A DNA stretch of 64,000 bases from Candidatus Krumholzibacteriota bacterium (GTDB lineage: Bacteria; Krumholzibacteriota; Krumholzibacteriia; JAJRXK01): contig CAVSGG010000006.1 of assembly GCA_963727455.1 (NCBI GenBank), forward strand, positions 64,001 to 128,000, written 5' to 3'. The position numbers and the translations under genes were made by a program. Of the stretch, positions 10,061 through 17,659 are shown piece after piece; the first letter of the stretch is position 1; each line of letters begins with the position of its first letter. Under the pieces are notes generated by a model, which saw only the letters and a list, made by a program, of their open reading frames with translations, did no database searches and was not told the origin of the DNA.

Positions 10061-10630
10061 CTACTCGCAGAAGACGTGGACCGTGTCGCCATTCTCCGAG
10101 TCGACGTCGACGCTGAGTTCGCGCAGCGCATCCATCAGCTCTTCGCCGTCGAGGTTCTTCAGATGCGAGAGGTCGATCCCCTGCTGGGCGAGACGATCGC
10201 TGGCCCGAGGTGGGAGCAGAGTCGTTAGCTTGATCCCGGTCCGGAGGAGCCCGATGGGTACGCGAACGTTGACCTTGTCCTTGCCGTCGACCACCACGCG
10301 CAGGTACTTCAGGGGACCGGCCTTCCCATCGTGGGTTCTCTCGTCCTCTTCCGCCCGGGGGGCATTGAAGCTCTCGTCGAGCGCATGAGCGATCGAGTTG
10401 AGGCGGTTCTTGACCGTGGGATAGCTGATCCCGAACAGGCTCTCCATCCTCTTGATGGAGCCGTGGTGACGCAGGAAGGCCACCACGAATGCCTGATCCT
10501 CCATCGAAAGACGGGCCAGGGCCGGAATCTCGAAATTCCCCTCCAGGCGCACCTCACAGCGTGGGCAGATCATTCTCTCGACCTTCATGGGGCGCTGGCA
10601 TTCCGCGCAGCGAGCCTTCGAAATATCCAT
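10061..10630 (-). CDS. DUF2089 zinc-ribbon/HTH protein fused to a small beta domain
   Basis: CAEC...CPRC, GSIKRMESLFGISYPTVKNRL (DUF2089); C-terminal LRVVV..KVNVRVPI...DVDSENGDTVHVFCE. Start at MDISK with an AAAGGAAAG RBS. Confidence 0.75.
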   Translation of the reverse strand: MDISKARCAECQRPMKVERMICPRCEVRLEGNFEIPALARLSMEDQAFVVAFLRHHGSIKRMESLFGISYPTVKNRLNSIAHALDESFNAPRAEEDERTHDGKAGPLKYLRVVVDGKDKVNVRVPIGLLRTGIKLTTLLPPRASDRLAQQGIDLSHLKNLDGEELMDALRELSVDVDSENGDTVHVFCE

Positions 10631-10667
10631 AGATATCTTTCCTTTCAGAAGGATAGTAGTATAGATA

Positions 10668-10682
10668 ATTGATAATATCAAT
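10668..10682. promoter_or_regulatory. 7-1-7 palindrome ATTGATA-A-TATCAAT, putative operator
   Basis: Perfect inverted repeat in the AT-rich divergent DUF2089/TetR intergenic region. Confidence 0.5.
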
Positions 10683-10738
10683 AGTGGACTTAAATAAATG
10701 ATAGTGTGGCTGGCTGGCAGGGGCGTTCGGATGCAATC

Positions 10739-10767
10739 TTGTAAATACGAATCAGAATTCTTATTCT
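10739..10767 (+). promoter_or_regulatory. Putative tetR promoter with overlapping operator
   Basis: TTGTAA-N17-TATTCT, overlapped by the imperfect palindrome GAATCAGAATTCTTATTC (10749-10766). The ATG lies about 10 nt downstream with no RBS (near-leaderless). Confidence 0.5.
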
Positions 10768-10776
10768 TAAAATATC

Positions 10777-11418
10777 ATGACAATTCCAGTGCAGGAACGC
10801 AGCCGCGCCACCCAGCGGAAGATCCTCGACGCCGCCGAGCGCTTGCTGCAGACGCGACGTTTCGACGAGATCGCGATGAGCGACCTCGCCCGCGAGGCCG
10901 CCGTGTCCATCGGTGGTCTCTATGCGCGCTTTGGGGCGAAAGAGGAGCTGCTCGAATCCTTGTACGCGCGCTACGAAGCCCGTCGTAGCGAACGTCTCGC
11001 GCGTACCCTCGAACCAAGCCGTTGGGAGGGAATTGATCTCGTTCGTCGGGTGCGGGGGGTGGTGACGACTCTCGTCGGTCTGATGAGCAAAGAGCGCCAC
11101 ATCTTGCGCAGCTTCCTCTTGCACCACTGGTCCCATCCCCAAGAGATCGGGGGACCCTTCGCGCAACGACTCGAGACGATTTACGAGAACGCGGCGGCCG
11201 TGATCGCGCTGGATCCCGGAAGGATCGGAGCGTCCGACCCGCAACTTGCCGCGCGCGCGGCCGTCGCCGTGGTGGCCGGGGCGTGTCGCGACATGGTGGT
11301 GATGAAGCCCGCGCCTGCACCGGGCGCAGTCGAGATGACGCAGGAAGAAATCATCGAAACCCTCACCCGCGCCGCGCTCGGTATCCTCCAGTATCATGAA
11401 GGAGATACTTCCGCATGA
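10777..11418 (+). CDS. TetR/AcrR family transcriptional regulator
   Basis: QERSRATQRKILDAA...DLAREAAVSIGGLYARFGAKEELL N-terminal HTH. Confidence 0.92.
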   Translation: MTIPVQERSRATQRKILDAAERLLQTRRFDEIAMSDLAREAAVSIGGLYARFGAKEELLESLYARYEARRSERLARTLEPSRWEGIDLVRRVRGVVTTLVGLMSKERHILRSFLLHHWSHPQEIGGPFAQRLETIYENAAAVIALDPGRIGASDPQLAARAAVAVVAGACRDMVVMKPAPAPGAVEMTQEEIIETLTRAALGILQYHEGDTSA

Positions 11419-11525
11419 GGAGTCGTGTGAGCTTTGTGGCATTATTGGCACTGATCCCCCTCGTGCTCACGGATGCACACGCCGCATCGACTCCCGTGGC
11501 AAGGAATCAACCCGCTTGGAAGTGA
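11415..11525 (+). CDS. 36-aa signal-peptide-bearing small ORF (secreted peptide or gene remnant)
   Basis: ATG overlaps the tetR stop (ATGA) with a GAAGGAG RBS; encodes MRSRVSFVALLALIPLVLTDAHA|ASTPVARNQPAWK*. Confidence 0.45.
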   Translation: MRSRVSFVALLALIPLVLTDAHAASTPVARNQPAWK

Positions 11526-11562
11526 AGTTCCACCATCTTCGATCTTTCCGGGGGGACGATTG

Positions 11563-12273
11563 ATGAACCTGACACCACAAAAAAGTGAACGAACCGTCCT
11601 GGTCACCGGCGCCAACCGCGGAATCGGTCTGGAGACCGTCCGTCAGCTCTGCGCCAAGGGCTATCGGGTGCTCCTCGGTAGCCGCGACCCGCACAAGGGT
11701 GAAAGGGCGCGCGCGCGGCTTCTTCCCCAGGCCGATCCGACGGTGGTCGAGCTCGACGTGGCTGCGCCGAAGCTCGAGGAACAGACCCAGGCCATCCTGC
11801 AACGCCACGGAAGCATCGACATCCTCGTCAACAACGCGGGTGTCCACTACGACGATTGGCAGACGGCGAGCACAGTGGACTGGAAGATCGTGCGCGAGGC
11901 CTTCGAGACCAACTTCTTCGGGGCATGGAGACTCGCGGCATTGCTGGCGCCGCCCATGCGCGAGCGCGGTTGGGGGCGCATCGTGAACGTCTCCAGCGAA
12001 GTGGGGGCCATTGCAAGCCTGGGCAAGTCCACCCCGGCCTACGCCATTTCCAAGACGGCCCTGAATGCTCTCACCGTTTGTCTGGCAGAGGAGTATCGCA
12101 ATACCGGCGTACTCATCGACGCAGTGTGTCCCGGATGGGTCGCCACCGACATGGGGGGCGAGGGGGGACGGCCAACTCCCGAGGGTGCGCGCAGCGTCGT
12201 ACTCGCCGTCGAGCTTCCCGACGACGGACCCAGTGGAATCTTCCTCCGTGACGGGAAGCGAATCGACTGGTAA
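11563..12273 (+). CDS. SDR family oxidoreductase (carbonyl reductase-like)
   Basis: TGANRGIG, DILVNNAG, VNVSS, YAISK, CPGWVATDMGG. Confidence 0.92.
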   Translation: MNLTPQKSERTVLVTGANRGIGLETVRQLCAKGYRVLLGSRDPHKGERARARLLPQADPTVVELDVAAPKLEEQTQAILQRHGSIDILVNNAGVHYDDWQTASTVDWKIVREAFETNFFGAWRLAALLAPPMRERGWGRIVNVSSEVGAIASLGKSTPAYAISKTALNALTVCLAEEYRNTGVLIDAVCPGWVATDMGGEGGRPTPEGARSVVLAVELPDDGPSGIFLRDGKRIDW

Positions 12274-12341
12274 GCGGACGCTGCGACCGCTGGTATACAT
12301 CTTGCCCTTTGCGCAGTGGGGAATGGCGCAAAGGATTGATC

Positions 12342-12995
12342 ATGAAGACTCGCTTGGGAAGCATGAGCAGCGCTTTGGCTCTGTCGGTCCTTCTGGTGGT
12401 TGCGATGGTCCCGCAGTCCACACGGGCCGGCCTCGACATTTCTTTCGGTGCCGCGGTCCACACCGGGGACGATACGGACGTCTATCTCGCGGTTTCCACC
12501 CGCTACTTCGATCGCGACCGCGCGGATGTCGATCGCTGGAATCGGGAATGCCGAAATCCCGACGATTTGGCGGTGGCGCTTTTCATCGCCAGCCATTGTG
12601 GCAAGGGGCCCGATGCCATCTTCGCGATGCACAAGGGCGGTCTGAGCTGGTGGGAGGTGAGCATGCGCCTGGGAGTACAGCCCGACGTATGGTTCGTTCC
12701 AGTGCAGCGCGATCCGGGACCGCCCTACGGTAAGGCCTACGGTTACCACAAAAAGCACGGTCACAATGCGGCCAAGATGCATCTGAGTGATGCAGACCTG
12801 CGCAATCTGGTCGCGGTGCGCATGCTCCACGATTACTACGGTGTGAGCGCCGAAGTCGCGATGGACTGGCGTTCATCCGGACGCAGCTTGCGCGAGATCG
12901 CAGCAAACGAGTACCGCGCGCGTCATGGCAAGAGCCAGCATGCCAACGGCAAATCGCCGAGTCACGGACACGGCAAAGCCAAGCACAGGCGGTAG
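12342..12995 (+). CDS. Secreted hypothetical protein with His/Lys-rich segments
   Basis: Signal peptide; PPYGKAYGYHKKH and a C-terminal HGKSQH...HGHGKAKHRR segment. Confidence 0.65.
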   Translation: MKTRLGSMSSALALSVLLVVAMVPQSTRAGLDISFGAAVHTGDDTDVYLAVSTRYFDRDRADVDRWNRECRNPDDLAVALFIASHCGKGPDAIFAMHKGGLSWWEVSMRLGVQPDVWFVPVQRDPGPPYGKAYGYHKKHGHNAAKMHLSDADLRNLVAVRMLHDYYGVSAEVAMDWRSSGRSLREIAANEYRARHGKSQHANGKSPSHGHGKAKHRR

Positions 12996-13060
12996 TCCTC
13001 ATCGAAGCCGCTCTGACGGAGAAGCCAGCGGGATCATCGGTCTCGGTGGCCTTGTCGGAT

Positions 13061-13088
13061 TTGACATCGGCGTTCAATCCGATATGAT
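13061..13088 (+). promoter_or_regulatory. Putative sigma-70 promoter
   Basis: TTGACA-N16-TATGAT upstream of 13193, overlapped by a TCGGATT/AATCCGA inverted repeat. Confidence 0.55.
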
Positions 13089-13192
13089 CGCGACCTTCCC
13101 CCGCGTGCGGCCTCCGCTCGTCTTCAGCCGACGATCAGTTCTTCGAGTATTCAGAACTCATTGTCGCATGAATAGCCCTCAAGGAGAAAACC

Positions 13193-13672
13193 GTGAAGAG
13201 GACACTTCTAGCTGCATTCATCCTAACCCTCTTGGCCGTGGGTTGCGGCGACAACTCGACTTCGCCCACGGCGAACACCACACCGACGAGCTACAAGATC
13301 AAGGCCACCACGAATTGGTTCGTCACCTCTCCCGACGCCGATCTTTCCAAGTTCTCGAGCGCGCACATCGTGGTGACGTACACGAGTAATGTTCCGGATG
13401 ACTGCGTCTTCAATTCTTCGCCACAGTTCCAGCTCTGGTCGGATCCCGACGTTTACGATTTCCCCGCCGAGGGTGCCGTCACCATCAACTCAGAGCCAGC
13501 GGGCACGGTAAGCCCGGGCGACACCTTCTCCTACGATCTAACCCTCGACCTCACGAACTTGCCGCCCGGCCAGGACCACATCGGCATGCGGCCCAAAGAG
13601 AACAATCTCTACGGGAATCTCGGTCCACCCCGATCCACGGTGTTCTCTTCCGATGTGACCTTCACGCCCTGA
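13193..13672 (+). CDS. Hypothetical lipoprotein
   Basis: AAGGAG RBS, GTG start, lipobox LAVGC followed by a Ser/Thr linker. Confidence 0.7.
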   Translation: MKRTLLAAFILTLLAVGCGDNSTSPTANTTPTSYKIKATTNWFVTSPDADLSKFSSAHIVVTYTSNVPDDCVFNSSPQFQLWSDPDVYDFPAEGAVTINSEPAGTVSPGDTFSYDLTLDLTNLPPGQDHIGMRPKENNLYGNLGPPRSTVFSSDVTFTP

Positions 13673-13799
13673 GTTGCAGTGGCGACGAACCTGCGCGGCG
13701 CGTGGACGAAGTCGCGGAAGTGGTCGAGTGGAGACTCTCCGGTTTCCTTTTTATCCTAGAGGCGTGAACGAACGATCTCAGGGAGGAGAGGAACAGGTC

Positions 13800-14423
13800 A
13801 TGAAAATCGGAATTATCGGAGCGGGCCATATCGGTGGAACCCTCGCCAGTCTTTTGACTAAAGCCGGACACGAAGTGATCCTCGCGAACTCGAGGGGCCC
13901 GGAGACGCTGCGCGAGCAAGTCGAGAAACTGGGACCGAAAGCCAGCGCCGCTACAGCCTCCGAAGCCGCCACGCGGGGAGAGATCGTCATCGAGGCCGTT
14001 CCCTTCGGTAAACTCAGCGAGTTGCCGCGCGAGGAGCTCAAGGGCAAGGTGCTGCTGACGGCCTCCAACTACTATCCTTCACGCGACGGCGCCATCGACC
14101 TTCAGGGACTCACCCAGAGCGAGTACTTGCACCGGCTCCTTCCCGAGACGCACCTGGCCAAGGTCTTCAACACCATCTTCTGGGAGCATCTGCGCGACCA
14201 GGGCGATCCGAGCAAGCCGCTCGAAGAGAGGCGCGTGCTTCCTTTTGTCGCCTCGGACGAGCAGGCCAAGAAGGTGGCCCAGGGGCTCATCGAGGAGCTG
14301 GGCTTCGGCCCCCTGTATTTGGGCAAGCTCTCCATGGCGCGTGGATTGAGTGAGACCGAGGACCGCCTCTACAACAAGCAGCTGACGCTGGCGCAGGCGA
14401 GAGGGATGGTGGAGACGAAGTAG
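13800..14423 (+). CDS. NADPH-dependent F420 reductase-like dinucleotide-binding protein
   Basis: MKIGIIGAGHIG, ANSRGPETL, NYYPSRDG, KVFNTI. Confidence 0.88.
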   Translation: MKIGIIGAGHIGGTLASLLTKAGHEVILANSRGPETLREQVEKLGPKASAATASEAATRGEIVIEAVPFGKLSELPREELKGKVLLTASNYYPSRDGAIDLQGLTQSEYLHRLLPETHLAKVFNTIFWEHLRDQGDPSKPLEERRVLPFVASDEQAKKVAQGLIEELGFGPLYLGKLSMARGLSETEDRLYNKQLTLAQARGMVETK

Positions 14424-14427
14424 CTTT

Positions 14428-14511
14428 TCTACCCGGGTATACAAGTCAAGTTTTTGTCGTTTATAGCCGGCTATAAAAGTCCAGATGCTGTCGAGTCTAC
14501 CCGGGTATACA
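14428..14511. repeat. Three palindromic boxes (TA[C/G]CCGG[G/C]TATA) at an exact 34-bp period
   Basis: TCTACCCGGGTATACA at 14428-14443 and 14496-14511 (identical), with the perfect 18-bp palindrome TTTATAGCCGGCTATAAA at 14460-14477 between them. Dyad centres: 14434.5, 14468.5, 14502.5. Confidence 0.8.
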
Positions 14512-14547
14512 GATCAAAATTGCGCAGCCAGTCTATCCGCGCGCGGC

Positions 14548-16983
14548 CTAGCCCTTGGCTTCCTTGTCGAGCGCGATCCCCAGGCGTTGCATCTTCTCGT
14601 AGAGCGTGTTGCGTCCGATTCCCAGATATCGAGCGGCTTCAGAACGCGAGTTCTTGCACTTGCGCAAGGCGTAAAGAATGATCCGGCGCTCCTCGACTTC
14701 CAAATGCTGTTGGAGGGAGAGAACGGGAGGCGGTTTCTTGCCGCGCGACTCTCGTAGAGAGTGGGGGAGGTGCTTCACGCGCACGCAGCCTCGCTCCAGA
14801 GCGCGAGTCGCCCCTGCACGGACGGCAGACTGCAGCTCCCGCACGTTGCCGGGCCACGGGTAGCGCTCGAAAAGTCTCCGCGCCTGCTTATCCATCCAAA
14901 ATTCGATGCCATACTCCTGGGATTGCTCCTCGAGGAAGAGATCGGTGAGTGGTGCGATATCCTCGGTACGCTCGCGCAGCGGCGGAACCCTTACTTCAAA
15001 AGCATTGATGCGGTACCAGAGATCTTCTCTGAAGGTTCTCTCCTCAACTTGGCGCTTGAGGTCACAATTCGTGGCGGCCAAAACACGGATATCGGCCGTA
15101 TACTCCACAACATCCCCGACCCGACGATAAGTGCCTTCCTGCAGTAATCGAAGCAACTTCGCCTGCATCGGCATCGGAAGCTCTCCGATCTCATCCAAGA
15201 AGAGTGTTCCTCTGGTGGCGGCAGCGACGACACCAGCCGCATCGCGGTCAGCACCCGTGAATGCGCCCTTCTTGTGTCCAAAGAGCTCGCGTTCGAAAAG
15301 AGACTCCGGGAGAGCAGCACAATTTACTGCCACGAAGGGTCCATCCGAGAAGGTGCTATGTTCGTGGATGTAGCGAGCAACAACCTCCTTCCCAACTCCG
15401 GTTGCTCCCATGATCACAGCAGGGGAAGCTGAGCGAGCGATGAGTTCACAGTCAGCAAGGACCGCCTTCATGCTAGGGGATACTGCGATGAGCGTGCCTT
15501 CCTTACGCACTGTTTGCTTCTTCTCCTCCGTGCATTGGGAGGCTTGTGCGCGGAGGCGGGCAAGATCCCGGGCCTCACGCGCGTCGTGTGCCAAAGTCGT
15601 AAGCTGGAGACGGGAAAAAATGGCGAGTGCTTCTTCGGCCGCATCAGCTGCCTGATCCGGCTCCAGGATCGCCGCGAGTTGGACGAGTGTCTTACCGAGT
15701 TCCAGGGGATTGTTGCGACGTCGCAACTCCGAAGCGGCTTCGTCGAGAAGTGGAATTGCCTCATCGGGGCGCGCAAGCTGCGCCAGGGCGGTAGCTTTAA
15801 CGCGAAGAATCTGGCCATACTCGCGAGGGTTTCCGCATGTGTGGATTACTTCGAGAGCATCGTTGGCAAGGTCCAAGGCGATTCGGGGGTTGTGCATGGC
15901 AAGATGAACTTCAGCCTCTTGCCAATAGACTTCGGCGAGTTCATAAGTTGTTGTTCCGGACGCCGCGAGGCACTTCTTGGCCTCCTCGAAAGATGCTAGG
16001 GCCGCCATGTAATCGAGTCGCTGGGCTTGTGCAATACCTTGGTACTCGTGCCACATGGCGGCGGCCGAGGCGTCCATATGCGAAAGATTATCTCGAACCT
16101 CATCAAGTCTACTGGAGGCAGACGTAACATTTCCAAGCAGCAGCTCAAGCCTGGTAAGTGCCACGAGTGTTTTCAACTTGAAGGGAGTCACTCTGCTCTC
16201 AAATTCGGTATGGAGCTCCAGCGCATGAATCAAGAGGGTTTGAGCCCTTGCGAACTTGGCCTGGTGGTAGCAGAAGATGCCAATCTGACGAAGCGCGGCC
16301 GTTGCAGTTCTGTAATTTCCAAGACGTGCCGCAAGTCTCAAAGAGGCGGTAGATAGTTGTTCAGCGTATCCCGCATTCCCAAGCCCCCATTGAATCTCGG
16401 CACGAGCCTGGAGCGCGTGAGCGAGTAGCAGCTGTTCTGACTGGAGGCGGAAGAGACCACAGGCAAGATCGATTTGTTCCTCGGCTTGCATTAAGTCACC
16501 AGAGCGGGAAAACGACCTGTAGCCCTCAAGATACATGATTTCTGCCAAAACAAGCTGGGAGTCCTCTGGATTACAGATTCGTCGAGCAGAACTTACCGCA
16601 GCACGTGACTTACGGTCGTTGCCACTCATTAGTTCGGACCACGCTACCTTGATTCGGATGCGCGCTTGAGCTTCTACACTCAAGCTCCTAGCTGGTCCCG
16701 AGAGGAACTCGGCTAGCTTTTCCCGATTCCCGGTGACATGAAGCGAAAGGGCGTAGTGTACCCCTATCTCGTTGCGGAGATCAGGCTCAAGAGAATCCAA
16801 GTCAAGAAGTGCCTTCTCCGCATAAACTATTGCAGTATCGAAACGCCCGGCCGCCGTGAGTGGTACTACGAGGGAGGCACTCTCTCGCGCCGAGATTGGG
16901 TGTCTGTGGTCTTCGAGTCCAGGAGTAAGCGCCAGTGAGGTCGCTTTCAGGCGTTGAATAGTGCGCTTGAGGTCGGCGTTCAT
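14548..16983 (-). CDS. Sigma-54-dependent enhancer-binding protein with a long N-terminal TPR-like domain
   Basis: Walker A GATGVGKE, VNCAAL, ELFGHKKGAFTGA, FLDEIGE, WPGNVREL and a Fis-type HTH (RSEAARYLGIGRNTLY). About 480 aa of Ala/Leu-rich helical repeats precede the ATPase; no receiver domain. Confidence 0.92.
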   Translation of the reverse strand: MNADLKRTIQRLKATSLALTPGLEDHRHPISARESASLVVPLTAAGRFDTAIVYAEKALLDLDSLEPDLRNEIGVHYALSLHVTGNREKLAEFLSGPARSLSVEAQARIRIKVAWSELMSGNDRKSRAAVSSARRICNPEDSQLVLAEIMYLEGYRSFSRSGDLMQAEEQIDLACGLFRLQSEQLLLAHALQARAEIQWGLGNAGYAEQLSTASLRLAARLGNYRTATAALRQIGIFCYHQAKFARAQTLLIHALELHTEFESRVTPFKLKTLVALTRLELLLGNVTSASSRLDEVRDNLSHMDASAAAMWHEYQGIAQAQRLDYMAALASFEEAKKCLAASGTTTYELAEVYWQEAEVHLAMHNPRIALDLANDALEVIHTCGNPREYGQILRVKATALAQLARPDEAIPLLDEAASELRRRNNPLELGKTLVQLAAILEPDQAADAAEEALAIFSRLQLTTLAHDAREARDLARLRAQASQCTEEKKQTVRKEGTLIAVSPSMKAVLADCELIARSASPAVIMGATGVGKEVVARYIHEHSTFSDGPFVAVNCAALPESLFERELFGHKKGAFTGADRDAAGVVAAATRGTLFLDEIGELPMPMQAKLLRLLQEGTYRRVGDVVEYTADIRVLAATNCDLKRQVEERTFREDLWYRINAFEVRVPPLRERTEDIAPLTDLFLEEQSQEYGIEFWMDKQARRLFERYPWPGNVRELQSAVRAGATRALERGCVRVKHLPHSLRESRGKKPPPVLSLQQHLEVEERRIILYALRKCKNSRSEAARYLGIGRNTLYEKMQRLGIALDKEAKG

Positions 16984-17379
16984 CTAGCGCTCCATTCCGT
17001 GCATGTGAACGAATCCGGAGAACTCGCGTAGGAGATGATGCAACCACCGCGAACCAAAGCGTGTAAATTTTGCGAAAGCAAAATCACCAGAGTCGGCGGA
17101 GATGCTGCGATCACGAGTGTTAGTACTTGGCAGGATCGTTGGAGCCAGTGTGTCTGTTCGTCCGATGAGTAGCTCACCACCACCCGGATCCCCCCCACTC
17201 GAGCTGCCCGAACTTGCCTCGATGTCTCCTTGGAAGGTGCCGAGCCTGGATATGACCTTGGCGTGGCTCGCGGACGGAACCGTACAGAGAGCAAAACTGC
17301 AAAGGAGAAGAAAACTCAGGATTGTGCAAAACCAGTAGCTGCGAAAAGTCGTCTTCACCGTTGAACGGGAAGAATTCAT
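16984..17379 (-). CDS. Small secreted protein / putative peptide precursor (131 aa)
   Basis: AGGAGG RBS; signal peptide ending in SHA; low-complexity SSGSSSGGDPGGGE core. Its TAG directly abuts the ATG of the downstream activator. Confidence 0.7.
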   Translation of the reverse strand: MNSSRSTVKTTFRSYWFCTILSFLLLCSFALCTVPSASHAKVISRLGTFQGDIEASSGSSSGGDPGGGELLIGRTDTLAPTILPSTNTRDRSISADSGDFAFAKFTRFGSRWLHHLLREFSGFVHMHGMER

Positions 17380-17523
17380 CGGTGCCTCCTGGACCTCAAA
17401 TCGATACAACCCTGAGCACGGCAACCGACGTCCGTCGCGTGCTAACTGGTCGTAGTGGCCAGAGCATGGCCTTTTTGGGAGGGGTCTCGGCTGGGAGCGA
17501 GCCATGACCGAGAGTGTCAACCA

Positions 17524-17555
17524 CGATTAGACACTATGCGGCAAGTCGATGTCAA
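17524..17555 (-). promoter_or_regulatory. Putative promoter TTGACA-N18-TCTAATCG
   Basis: Lies upstream of the peptide-activator operon; the same architecture occurs at 27669-27700. Confidence 0.45.
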
Positions 17556-17659
17556 GGGGACCGGGAAATCCAGACAAATACCTCAACTCGCACACAGAAA
17601 AAACAGAGTGAAAGATTCAATTCTCAAGTTGAAGCAGTGAGAACTCAACTCCTTGAGTA

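Noticed and set aside
14428-14511. Possible mini-CRISPR array
   Set aside because: The repeats are only about 16 bp with spacers of about 18 bp, there are three copies, and no cas genes are present. Kept as a palindrome array instead.
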